A stretch of 41,884 bases of DNA from an uncultured bacterium (GCA_964510165.1 CAZEBC010000007.1:1-41884); one strand, 5' to 3'. Shown: positions 1-8,664, counted from the stretch's first letter. Translations and numbers: made by a program. The notes: generated from the letters alone by a model not told the origin.

Positions 1-70
1 TCACGTTCCAGTCGACGGCCCCAACCCAATACACGCCCTCCGCGACTTGTACTTTGTTTATGTTGGTCAT
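1..70 (-). CDS. fprA: FprA-family flavodiiron (A-type flavo)protein, N-terminal fragment running off the left edge
   Basis: Reverse complement reads MTNINKVQVAEGVYWVGAVDWNV, the typical flavodiiron protein N-terminus. GGAGG RBS lies just upstream of the ATG at 70. Confidence 0.75.
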   Translation of the reverse strand, partial: MTNINKVQVAEGVYWVGAVDWNV

Positions 71-187
71 GGATTATCCTCCGATCGGGGTATTGAAACA
101 GACTATTGATTTCTATCCTATAGCATGAGCATTTTCCGGGACCAGATGCAAGGCCTTAAAGAAGGCGAGAAATGAGAACGAGGAAAT

Positions 188-219
188 CACGCTTTCCAAA
201 TGTTGCCCTTCGGCCGCTC
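188..219 (-). pseudogene. Degenerate fragment of tRNA-Ser(GGA), D-arm to anticodon arm
   Basis: 188-219 matches 2271-2302 of the intact tRNA at 26/32 ungapped positions, including exact CACGCTTTCCAA and CCTTCGGCC blocks. Confidence 0.65.
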
Positions 220-840
220 TTATGAATTCATTTCGCCTAGTTGTTGAAAGAAGCCTCCCAACTCGGTGACAAACCTTTTCAGTCCAGCGTCGAGCTTGCC
301 TGCAGCATGGAGGTTCATGTTGGTGGCGATTCTCTCGCCATATTGGGCCCCATCGAGCAGAGCGCGAATGCCCGAGGCAGCCAAAGCTTGTCGCACCGCT
401 TCCTTGTAAATGTCCCTTCGGCATTTGTACGTCGGGACTTTGGGTTCTCCGCGAATTCCGGTTGACCTCGAAAAGGCGCGTTTGTCGAGAAGATACCAGC
501 GTTCGATATGAGGATTGGGGATGGCGAAAATGAGCTTGCCCCGCAACGCCTTCATATATTTTTCGACTTTCTTTCTGAGTTCTTCTTCCCGCTCCACGCT
601 TCCCATACAATTTCCGTCGTGCGCCACGATGAGCAGATCAAAGAGGCCAGGATTAGATGTGGCTTGTTGAACGAACTCCGCAAACCGATCTTGCACTCGG
701 CTACCCCGGGCGGAGATCGTTTGAAGCAAGTACAGGTTCCCGGAGAAGCCCTTTTCAGTGGCTATTCTATTGACCAGTCCCCTGATCATACTCTCCTGCA
801 TTCGGTCCTCAAGAAACGCGAAAATCCTTATTTTACCCAC
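220..840 (-). CDS. DUF4276/RloB-like TOPRIM-fold protein, putative nuclease partner of the upstream ATPase
   Basis: Likely GTG start at 840 overlaps the ATPase stop. Motifs IFAFLED, LIVAHDGN and AIPNPHIERWYLLD resemble the E / DxD / ExW-L-D pattern of this family. The ORF-track extension to 969 overlaps the ATPase. Confidence 0.65.
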   Translation of the reverse strand: MGKIRIFAFLEDRMQESMIRGLVNRIATEKGFSGNLYLLQTISARGSRVQDRFAEFVQQATSNPGLFDLLIVAHDGNCMGSVEREEELRKKVEKYMKALRGKLIFAIPNPHIERWYLLDKRAFSRSTGIRGEPKVPTYKCRRDIYKEAVRQALAASGIRALLDGAQYGERIATNMNLHAAGKLDAGLKRFVTELGGFFQQLGEMNS

Positions 841-2098
841 CGAAGTCCCCTCGTACAATTCTCTCCTCAAGGCCTCGTCGTATGTCACCCTCTTTGTATA
901 GGGGTCCGACAGTTGTGAAGGGAGTGACCGTGGTGTAGCCATTGTCTTTCTGGCAAACAAATAACTCATCGTCTGAGAAGAACCCGGGCAAATACGGGGA
1001 GTGAGTATTGATTATAATCTGTTTGCCGGAATTGGTTGAGGCGGTCTTAAGCAACTGCGCGATAACCTCCAATCTGGTGGGATGGACCCCGTTTTCCGGC
1101 TCTTCATATCCGATTACCGTTGTCTCCGTGCTTGGATGCACCGCGGCAAGCAGTCCAAGAACTCTCAGTATTCCCTCCGAAATGAGTCTGGCGGGATAAG
1201 AGAGACCATCTTCCCGGATGCGAAGGGAGAGCAATCCGTCGGGCGTTCTCTCGACAGATACCCCGTTCAGAGTCGGAAGCACGCTCCTGAGCGATAACTG
1301 TAGATCCTCGAACTCTTGCGGAAAACGGTGCTGAAGGGTGTTTAAGAAACTCGGAAGATTCTCTCCACGCGCGCCAATACGCTCGACTTCGGCTACCGGC
1401 ACCGTTGCCCGCATGATCTCTCTGGGCTCGAAATAGTAGACTCTCCAATTCTCCAATTCCTTCTTAAGTGCGGCAATGTGGGGGTAGTGAGGTTCGTAAA
1501 GGGGGGTCGAGACTATAGTATGGTCCAGGCCGATTTCGAAATATCTCGGGTGGGCCTGACCTTCGAGCCGCAAATGCAGGCGCTTGCCGCTTTCTGGATC
1601 TCTTTCTATGAAGGGTGTCCTTTTCTTTGGATCGAGGCTTGGTTTCAGCGCGGTGAAAAATTCATCCACTATCCGCAGAATTCCAGTCTTGGGAATTATT
1701 TCGATGGAAATGCGATACCGAACGTATTTCTCAATTTTGGTCTTCTTGCGGACGTCATCCAAACCTCTCCGCTTTTCCCTGATGATCTCTTCGATGGATT
1801 GGCGGATTCTATCTGAAAGTTCGATGTCAACCTCAAAAGTTGCGGTCACTCGGTCGTCCAAGATTAGCTTCTCGAATCCTTTATCACCGTAATAAAAGCT
1901 CTCCAGAGGAAACCCCCTGTGCCCTTCAAACGCCTCCGTCAGAGTCTTGCAAGTTCCAAGTCTTGAGATCAAGTAGATGGAATCGAGCAGATTACTCTTT
2001 CCGGCAGCGTTCGGCCCGAAGATCACAGAGAGGGGCTTTAGGCACAAATCAACATCCTTAAGTGACTTGTACCCCTGAATCCGTATTCTCTTGATCAT
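833..2098 (-). CDS. ABC-type ATPase (AAA_15/AAA_21 family)
   Basis: N-terminal IRIQGYKSL, Walker A GPNAAGKS, signature ISEG, Walker B/D-loop IGYEEPENGVHP, H-loop INTHSP; no transmembrane partner. Confidence 0.9.
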   Translation of the reverse strand: MIKRIRIQGYKSLKDVDLCLKPLSVIFGPNAAGKSNLLDSIYLISRLGTCKTLTEAFEGHRGFPLESFYYGDKGFEKLILDDRVTATFEVDIELSDRIRQSIEEIIREKRRGLDDVRKKTKIEKYVRYRISIEIIPKTGILRIVDEFFTALKPSLDPKKRTPFIERDPESGKRLHLRLEGQAHPRYFEIGLDHTIVSTPLYEPHYPHIAALKKELENWRVYYFEPREIMRATVPVAEVERIGARGENLPSFLNTLQHRFPQEFEDLQLSLRSVLPTLNGVSVERTPDGLLSLRIREDGLSYPARLISEGILRVLGLLAAVHPSTETTVIGYEEPENGVHPTRLEVIAQLLKTASTNSGKQIIINTHSPYLPGFFSDDELFVCQKDNGYTTVTPFTTVGPLYKEGDIRRGLEERIVRGDFGG

Positions 2099-2199
2099 GC
2101 GTTAGAACCGTTGATTTCGATTTGAAATCGACAATCGAGATTTGACCGCAATCGAGAAAGACTTTCATCCAATTTCGAATCTCGATTCTCGATTGCTCT

Positions 2200-2228
2200 G
2201 CCAAAATTTTGAAAAGCAAAATTTTGGC
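2200..2228 (-). repeat. Perfect 12-bp inverted repeat overlapping the tRNA 3' end (trailer hairpin)
   Basis: GCCAAAATTTTG-AAAAG-CAAAATTTTGGC; one arm contains the tRNA GCCA end. Confidence 0.7.
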
Positions 2229-2314
2229 GGAGAGGGAGGGATTCGAACCCTCGATGGAGTTTCCCCCATACACGCTTTCCAAGCGTGCTCCTTCGGCCTC
2301 TCGGACACCTCTCC
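2225..2314 (-). tRNA. tRNA-Ser (anticodon GGA), 90 nt, long variable arm, encoded CCA
   Basis: GGAGAGG acceptor stem pairs with CCTCTCC-GCCA; anticodon arm CACGC-TTGGAAA-GCGTG; T-loop GGTTCGAATCC. Confidence 0.97.
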
Positions 2315-2332
2315 GACCGTTTTCCAATCAGA

Positions 2333-2362
2333 AGGATAGCAAACCACACGAAGGTATGTCAA
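2333..2362 (-). promoter_or_regulatory. sigma70-type promoter of tRNA-Ser
   Basis: TTGACA-18 nt-TATCCT with extended TGn, just upstream of the tRNA 5' end. Confidence 0.7.
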
Positions 2363-2463
2363 GGAAAGAGCGAAGGGGCGAAGGGTGAGAACTGCTTTGT
2401 CCGGGTGTCCCTGCGCCTCCGTGGTTAGGAGGCCGTTTCCATCCCCGCATCACCCTTTGCAAG

Positions 2464-3132
2464 TCAGATGTTGCGTGAGGGGCAGAGATCGCGCACAACG
2501 CATCCGGCGTGGTTAGGCTTTCTTGCGAAGCACACCGCGCGACCGTGAAGGATGAGGACGTCCGACACAATCTTCCACTCCTTCTTTGGGAAAAGTTTGC
2601 AGAGGTCGGCCTCTATCTTGTCGGGGTCGTTGTGTTCGGTGAAGCCGAGTCGTTGTGCGAGGCGCCTCACGTGGGTGTCAACGGCTATTCCCTCAACGAC
2701 ACCATATGCATGTGACAGCACGATGTTTGCAGTCTTCCGGGCGACGCCGGGGAGTTCAACCAGTTCCTCCATTGTTTTGGGCACTTGGGAATTGTACCTG
2801 TCGATCAGCATCTGGCACGCGGCCCGTATGTTCCTCGCCTTGTTCCGGTAGAAGCCCGTCGAGCGGATATCCTGCTCGAATTCTTCCTCGGGCACTCTCA
2901 GGTAGTCGCGGGGAGAACAGTATTTCTTGAAGAGCGTTTTGGTCACCTGATTGACGCGCTCATCGGTACATTGGGCCGACAAAATGGTGGCGATCAGCAG
3001 TTCCAGTGGATTGGAGGACTCAAGCGCGACTGTTGCGCCTGGATATTCCTTTTTCAGAAGTATAAGTAGCTTTTGTGCCCGTTTCTTTTTGTTCTCGAAA
3101 GATTCCTTTGGCGGCATACCGGTTTCTCCCAT
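2464..3132 (-). CDS. nth: Endonuclease III (HhH-GPD DNA glycosylase)
   Basis: ILSAQCTD, HhH LPGVARKTAN, AVDTHV and a C-terminal Fe-S motif (C-X6-H-X2-C-X5-C). The start may be the second Met (MPPK). Confidence 0.95.
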   Translation of the reverse strand: MGETGMPPKESFENKKKRAQKLLILLKKEYPGATVALESSNPLELLIATILSAQCTDERVNQVTKTLFKKYCSPRDYLRVPEEEFEQDIRSTGFYRNKARNIRAACQMLIDRYNSQVPKTMEELVELPGVARKTANIVLSHAYGVVEGIAVDTHVRRLAQRLGFTEHNDPDKIEADLCKLFPKKEWKIVSDVLILHGRAVCFARKPNHAGCVVRDLCPSRNI

Positions 3133-3202
3133 CGCAGGACCGTCTCTTACAGACTTGCTGAAAGTATTTCATAAAAACGGTTCGAAAGCAATCCGGTTTC
3201 GC

Positions 3203-3231
3203 TTGCGCTCTATGGCGGCCACGGGTATAAT
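3203..3231 (+). promoter_or_regulatory. sigma70-type promoter for the DUF523-slt pair
   Basis: TTGCGC-17 nt-TATAAT about 30 nt upstream of the ATG at 3261. Confidence 0.7.
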
Positions 3232-3260
3232 GGGGAGGCTCGGACAGTAGTGGAGGCGCC

Positions 3261-3686
3261 ATGTACGGCTCAAGCGCTTGTCTTGTGGGTTTGAAGACAC
3301 GATATGACGGCGGGGACGCCGCCGACCCGGCTGTCCGGCGGCTGTTCCTGGAGGGGAAAGTCATACCCTTGTGTCCGGAGCAACTGGGCGGACTGTGCAC
3401 GCCGCGCTTGAGGTCCGAGATCGCCTCAGGCTCGGGCGAGGACGTCCTTGACGGCAAGTCCGCCGTCATCATGGAGGATGGAAGCGACGTGACGCTTCAG
3501 TTCTTGCGGGGCGCCAACGAGGTGCTCCGCGTTGTGAAGGACCTCGGGATACGCACATTCTACATGAAAAGGAAGAGCCCTTCCTGCGGGATGGGAAAGA
3601 TTTACCGGCAGGGCAAGCTCACATCGGGCAACGGCGTATGTACTGCCGCGCTCCTGAGGGAAGGGATTGAAATAGTCCCGGTCTGA
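3261..3686 (+). CDS. DUF523 family (2-thiouracil desulfurase TudS-like) Fe-S protein
   Basis: SACLVG..RYDG, CPEQLGGL.TPR and KSPSCG motifs; GGAGG RBS. Confidence 0.85.
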   Translation: MYGSSACLVGLKTRYDGGDAADPAVRRLFLEGKVIPLCPEQLGGLCTPRLRSEIASGSGEDVLDGKSAVIMEDGSDVTLQFLRGANEVLRVVKDLGIRTFYMKRKSPSCGMGKIYRQGKLTSGNGVCTAALLREGIEIVPV

Positions 3687-3687
3687 C

Positions 3688-5829
3688 ATGCATCTCAAGT
3701 CCACCCAAACGCTCACCGCAATACTCCTGGTCTGTCTTGCACTCGCAATCTGGCCTGATTTTACGGCCCGAGCGCAGCAAGAGGACTACCCTGGTGGCCC
3801 GCAGTTCATTGAAGGGCGCCGTCTTCAGCGCGCCAGGGAATGGGCCGCTTCGATAGAGCAGTTTCGCGCCGCCAGCAACGTGTATTCGCTTGTCCCGGAC
3901 TATGCGCTTTACCAAACGGCTCAGAGCGCATATGAGACGGGAGATACTCAGCTCGCCGCTGAGGCTCTGGAGAAGATGCTGTCGTTGTATCCCGAGACTC
4001 CGGTCCGCCGCAAAGGGCAACTGGAACTGGCCTCCATTTATTACGAGGACGACAAGCCGGCGCAGGCGGCCGCCTTGATCGAGGAGGCATTGCCGGGCGT
4101 CGAATCTTCGAGGGAGAGAGTCGACTTGCTCCTCTTGCTTGCCAAAGCGTATGGTGAATCTCAGAATTCCGCGAAGTGCGACAGCGTATGCTGGCAATTG
4201 ATTCATGGCTGGCCCGCCACCCCCGAGGCGTTAGAGGCGGCCGAACTGGTGTGCGAGCCGGATACGCCGTTCAAGCGGCTTGCGGTCGCCAATGTGTATC
4301 TCAAGAACAAGAAGACCGACAAGGCACTGAAGACTCTTGATGGATTGATGGGTGATCCGGGCGCGGCCGAACTCATGCCCGAAGTTCTTGTCCACAAAGC
4401 GGCGGCGCTGGAGCAGAAAGGGGATCGGTCCGGCGCGCTTGCTCTTTACGATAGAATCGCGGATGAGTTCTCCGATTCCTCATTCGCCGCCACGGCGATT
4501 TTCAGGCGCGCGCTCCTCAAGAAATGGGATGGACTGTTTGAAAAGGCGGCCGCAGATTTTGACCTGGTGACCGAACGATTCCCCTCGAGCGAGCATGCCC
4601 CCGCCGCGATGCGGGAACGCGCAAAGATATTCGAGCGCGCCAATGACCCGGCTGAATACGACGAATATCGGCGGCTTCTTGACAAGTATCCTCGCGCCGC
4701 GCTCGCCTATCCGACAGCCATGTATTGGGGACTGCGACTCTTTCGGGCGCGCGACTATTCCGGCGCGTGCGCGGTATTCGAGAGGCTCCAGTCACTGAAT
4801 CTCGGCGCCGACGCGGACACGGATGCGGCCTTCTGGATCGCGAAGTGCCACGCGGCCGATGGCCGGACCGATTCAGCCAAGGTTCACTTCGCCAACGTGA
4901 TCGGAAGATACGGAGAAACGTTTCAGGCATACCGTGCGCGAGCCATCTTACAGGTTTTGAATCGCGCCGACTCCGTATACTCGAATGAACCGGCGTGGGG
5001 GGACATTATTGGGTTGGACCGTCTTCCCTTTGTTTCATTTGAGATCGACTCGGCCGACGAGGCATTCGGTCTTCTCGCGAACGAATTGACTTCACAGGAC
5101 GAGAGGACCCTGGCGCGCTTGAAATTCCTGATGTGCAACGAGCTTCCTGAGGCGGGATGGGAGCTTCGGCGGTTATTGAACGGGGTCTCGGGCGAAAGCG
5201 GCAGGTATGCGCTCGCGTGGGCGCTTTTCCATTCTCAGGCATATAATGACGCCATTCGCATAGCTTCTTCGATTCGAGACAAGCTCTCACAAGAAGATAG
5301 GGCGACACGGGTGCTTTATCTGTTATACCCGCCTGCACACGCCGATTTGGTCCGGGCGGCCGCGTTTCGCTACCGTGTTGAACCGGCGCTCGCGCTCGCC
5401 GTAATGCGGGAGGAAAGCCATTTCCGCGAGGATGCCGTTTCGGTTTCGGACGCGCGCGGACTGATGCAAATACTGCCGAGCACGGGCGAATGGCTTGCCG
5501 GGAAACTCGCCGGACCTGGAACCTTCGAGCCGTCGGCCCTGTTTGTGCCGTCAGTCAATATCGAGATGGGAAGCTACTACCTGCGATACCTGCTCGACAA
5601 GTTTGGCAACAACATGGTGCTTGCTGTGGCGGCCTATAATTGGGGAGAGACCAACCTGAGGAGATGGCTGGGCGAGAGTCCGCCGAACGATCTGGATGTT
5701 CTGGTGGAAAGCATTCCCGCGGATGAGACAAGGAAATATGTGAAAAAGGTGCTAAGGTCCTACGCCGTTTACAACAGCCTCTACCCGCCTGATTTTTTGA
5801 CAGTTGAGGAATTTGCGCGCAACCAGTGA
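3688..5829 (+). CDS. slt: Exported soluble lytic murein transglycosylase with TPR scaffold (Slt70-like)
   Basis: Signal peptide, long TPR-like helical region and SLT motifs MREESHF, ARGLMQILPSTG, AAYNWG, ETRKYV. Confidence 0.9.
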   Translation: MHLKSTQTLTAILLVCLALAIWPDFTARAQQEDYPGGPQFIEGRRLQRAREWAASIEQFRAASNVYSLVPDYALYQTAQSAYETGDTQLAAEALEKMLSLYPETPVRRKGQLELASIYYEDDKPAQAAALIEEALPGVESSRERVDLLLLLAKAYGESQNSAKCDSVCWQLIHGWPATPEALEAAELVCEPDTPFKRLAVANVYLKNKKTDKALKTLDGLMGDPGAAELMPEVLVHKAAALEQKGDRSGALALYDRIADEFSDSSFAATAIFRRALLKKWDGLFEKAAADFDLVTERFPSSEHAPAAMRERAKIFERANDPAEYDEYRRLLDKYPRAALAYPTAMYWGLRLFRARDYSGACAVFERLQSLNLGADADTDAAFWIAKCHAADGRTDSAKVHFANVIGRYGETFQAYRARAILQVLNRADSVYSNEPAWGDIIGLDRLPFVSFEIDSADEAFGLLANELTSQDERTLARLKFLMCNELPEAGWELRRLLNGVSGESGRYALAWALFHSQAYNDAIRIASSIRDKLSQEDRATRVLYLLYPPAHADLVRAAAFRYRVEPALALAVMREESHFREDAVSVSDARGLMQILPSTGEWLAGKLAGPGTFEPSALFVPSVNIEMGSYYLRYLLDKFGNNMVLAVAAYNWGETNLRRWLGESPPNDLDVLVESIPADETRKYVKKVLRSYAVYNSLYPPDFLTVEEFARNQ

Positions 5830-5831
5830 GC

Positions 5832-5860
5832 TTGCGCGTGACGGACATCAGTGGTATAAT
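5832..5860 (+). promoter_or_regulatory. sigma70-type promoter for the TIM-barrel/mce/M28 operon
   Basis: TTGCGC-17 nt-TATAAT with extended TG; same hexamers as the promoter at 3203. Confidence 0.7.
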
Positions 5861-5885
5861 CCGCGCAACCACGCGAGGACCAATG

Positions 5886-5918
5886 CCCTCTGCCGGTGGG
5901 AGAGGGTTGGGGTGAGGG
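5886..5918. repeat. REP-like element of the CCCTCTCCC..GGGAGAGGG-TTGGGGTGAGGG type
   Basis: ccctctgccggtgggagagggttggggtgaggg: an imperfect hairpin plus the GGGGTGAGGG tail of a widespread intergenic repeat family. Confidence 0.6.
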
Positions 5919-5980
5919 AGAAGCGCGAAAGAAATTCCTGATTTTCATGTTGAGTACTGCAGGGCACAGGAGATACGAGA

Positions 5981-6838
5981 ATGAGAATCGGCACAATGAT
6001 CGAGCCCAAGAAGATAGCTCAGGCGTTTCTCAGTTCTGACGGTAAGCACTCGCTCGCCAATGAGGCGCGCAGACTGATGCGGGCGGGAGCGGACCATATC
6101 GAGATAAGCGGCGAAGCCGTGGCCGTACTGCCCGGCCCGCTTCGGGATAAGTTTCGCGAGGAAGCGGCGGGCGGCCTGAGAAAATTGCGCGAGAAAGAGG
6201 GCGTCACGTTTTCGGTGCATCTCCCGTTCATGGGCGGCGTGAATTTCACGACGAGCATCGATTCCATCCGCGAAGCCTCTTTCCAGGTAATCAAGGATAT
6301 CACCGAGCAATGTGCGCCTCTGGAGCCGATTACGTATGTGCTGCACATCTCCGGCCTGCTGGAGGAACTGATGGGAGTCGGCCTGCGCGATGACGCGGTT
6401 GTGGAGGCTTATCTTTCGTGCGCCGAAGAGAGCCTTGGCAAGATCGTGGAATTGATTCCTCCGAAGAAGCTCTGCATCGAGAATCTGGAATACATCGCGT
6501 TTGAAAAGCTGTATCCACTGGTAGAGAAATTCGATACCAGCGTGTGTATGGATGTCGGCCATATCAAGCTCAGGGGCGAGGATATCGGCGAGTTCATAAC
6601 GGCGTACGCCGATCGTCTGGGACAAATCCATATGCACGACGTGACGTGGCGCATGTTCGACAAACGGGTAAGGGTGATGGACGACCATCAGGAACTCGGC
6701 TCGGGCATAATTGAAGTGGGCGAGGTGATTCGAATGCTTCGCGCCGCACGCTTTACCGGCCCGGTCGTTCTGGAAGTGCATACGGTTGATCCCTACGATT
6801 CGGTCAAGGTTCTGAGAGACGCGGTCAAGGCGAAATGA
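5981..6838 (+). CDS. AP-endonuclease-2/xylose-isomerase-like TIM-barrel metalloenzyme (possibly CbiR-like)
   Basis: Metal-ligand motifs SVHLP, VLH, IENLE, MDVGH, IHMHD, DH..LG.G and VLEV. Confidence 0.8.
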   Translation: MRIGTMIEPKKIAQAFLSSDGKHSLANEARRLMRAGADHIEISGEAVAVLPGPLRDKFREEAAGGLRKLREKEGVTFSVHLPFMGGVNFTTSIDSIREASFQVIKDITEQCAPLEPITYVLHISGLLEELMGVGLRDDAVVEAYLSCAEESLGKIVELIPPKKLCIENLEYIAFEKLYPLVEKFDTSVCMDVGHIKLRGEDIGEFITAYADRLGQIHMHDVTWRMFDKRVRVMDDHQELGSGIIEVGEVIRMLRAARFTGPVVLEVHTVDPYDSVKVLRDAVKAK

Positions 6839-6863
6839 ATGTGCGAGTGGAAAGGAGCGGAAC

Positions 6864-7262
6864 ATGATCAGAAAGATAGATCACATCGGGATCGCGGTCG
6901 GTAATCTGGATGAGGCTCTCAAGCTGTATCGGGACGTGCTTGGATTGAAGGTGGAGCATATCGAGGATTTCGAGGGAATGAAGATCGCATTCATTCCGAT
7001 TGGGGATACCGAGTTCGAGCTCTTGCAGCCCACCGACCCTGAGGGCGCTCTTGCGAAATTCATGGAGAAGCGCGGCGAGGGGGTCCAGCACATAGCTCTC
7101 CAGGTGGATGATGTCAAGAAGTCCCTTGAGGAACTCAAGGGAAAGGGCCTGCAGGCGCTTGACAAGGAACCGCGCCCGGGGGCGGGCGGCGCCAGCATCG
7201 CGTTCTTCCATCCGAAAAGCACAAAGGGAGTTCTCCTGGAAATCTGTCAGCGGAAGGGTTGA
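6864..7262 (+). CDS. mce: Methylmalonyl-CoA epimerase (VOC family)
   Basis: IDHIGIAV, FELLQP, KRGEGVQHIAL, AFFHPKSTKGVLLEI; AAGGAG RBS. Confidence 0.93.
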   Translation: MIRKIDHIGIAVGNLDEALKLYRDVLGLKVEHIEDFEGMKIAFIPIGDTEFELLQPTDPEGALAKFMEKRGEGVQHIALQVDDVKKSLEELKGKGLQALDKEPRPGAGGASIAFFHPKSTKGVLLEICQRKG

Positions 7263-7299
7263 GTGTGCGCCATTTATTTCCAAGCCGGAGGCGGAGGTC

Positions 7300-8481
7300 T
7301 TGCTGAACATACAGCCTATCGAGCACGTGAAGGCGTTGTGCGCGGAGATAGGGCCGCGCGGGCCGACGACAGAGGATGAGGGCCGGGCCGCGGCCTATGC
7401 CGCAGCCAAGCTCGAGGAAACTGGGGCCAGGGATGTGACCGTGGAGACCTTTCGAAGCGTGCCGTCGCTGTGGTGGGCTTTGGAGGTTGCATCGGCTGTG
7501 GCGCTCGCCTCGACTCTCGTGTTCTTCCTGGGGCACGGCGGGCTTTGGGGTTTGTCCGCCTTCTTCTGTGCAGCCTCGCTTTATTTCTTTCTCGCGGAGT
7601 TCAATTTCTGGAAATTCTCCCTGAGCAATATTCTTCCGAAGCGGGTCTCCCAGAACGTGTATGGCAAAGTACCTCCGAAAGGCGAGCTGCGCAGGAAGCT
7701 GGTTGTCATCGGACACCTCGACACGAATCGCACGCCGATCTTATTCCATCCGCGCCTTGTCGGGCTCTTACCATGGATGCTGGGGCTGGTTTTCGCGTGC
7801 CTTATTGGAAAGGCGCTGCTCTTTCTTGTGGGGGGACTGGCAGGCGCGTACATGAAGCCTCTGGTTGCCTCGCTCATTCTCGACATCCCGATAGCGGCGG
7901 GATTGGTTGCGATGCTGCATGGCGACCTTTTCTCTCCGTTTACCGAGGGGGCCAATGATAACGCTACAGGGGCGGCGGTCGTCCTGAGCTTTGCCGAGCT
8001 TCTGTCGCGTGACCCGCTTGAGAATACCGAGTATTGGGCGTTGTGCACCGGCTGCGAGGAGGCGACGCTCACCGGCATCAAGGCATTTCTCGCGAGACAC
8101 GGGGATGAGCTGAGGGATGCATACTTTGTCGACCTGGAATGCCTGGGCATCGGGGAACTCCGGTACATTACGTACGAGGGAATGCTAAAGAAGTACTACA
8201 GCAATGCCGGTCTGGTACGGGCGGCATCCGATGCGGCGCGAGCGATCAAGGGCGATTCCGTTCGCGCCACGGCTCTGCGAACGGGATACACGGAAACGGC
8301 GATCGTAGTTCGTGACGGGTTCAAAGGAATAACGCTGATGGCGTTCCCTGAAGGGAGCGAGCTTGTTCCTCATTGGCACTGCGTGTCGGACCGAATCGAG
8401 CACATTGACCCGCAGAACCTCACCAAAGCGGTTACCTATCTGGCGGCGCTTGCGAAAGAATTGGATTCGGAAGGCGCCTGA
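7300..8481 (+). CDS. Membrane-embedded M28 family metallopeptidase
   Basis: GHLDT, GANDNATG, GCEE, DLECLG and HWH..D motifs with two inserted hydrophobic hairpins. TTG start at 7300 follows GGAGG; the ORF-track start at 7108 overlaps mce. Confidence 0.85.
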   Translation: MLNIQPIEHVKALCAEIGPRGPTTEDEGRAAAYAAAKLEETGARDVTVETFRSVPSLWWALEVASAVALASTLVFFLGHGGLWGLSAFFCAASLYFFLAEFNFWKFSLSNILPKRVSQNVYGKVPPKGELRRKLVVIGHLDTNRTPILFHPRLVGLLPWMLGLVFACLIGKALLFLVGGLAGAYMKPLVASLILDIPIAAGLVAMLHGDLFSPFTEGANDNATGAAVVLSFAELLSRDPLENTEYWALCTGCEEATLTGIKAFLARHGDELRDAYFVDLECLGIGELRYITYEGMLKKYYSNAGLVRAASDAARAIKGDSVRATALRTGYTETAIVVRDGFKGITLMAFPEGSELVPHWHCVSDRIEHIDPQNLTKAVTYLAALAKELDSEGA

Positions 8482-8664
8482 ACTGGAAAGACAAAGGGGC
8501 ACCCAATCAGCCGCAGAGGAGGGGAGGGCTTCCTGAAGAAACACTGTTCGGTCTTACACAGACAGCATCGTATTGGAGCGACGCTTACTTTATGTTGGGC
8601 TGTGGGAGATCCACATGACAATCCAAGCACCGCTTAAAATAATGAAGTCTATTCAGCAACTGTG

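Noticed and set aside
71-2224. Intact integrative element or prophage at tRNA-Ser
   Set aside because: No integrase, no phage genes and no duplicated tRNA 3' end; only the D/anticodon fragment reported separately.
2365-2460. ncRNA between nth and the tRNA promoter
   Set aside because: Only a short AAGGGTGA/TCACCCTT inverted pair and a repeat-like stretch; no recognisable RNA family.
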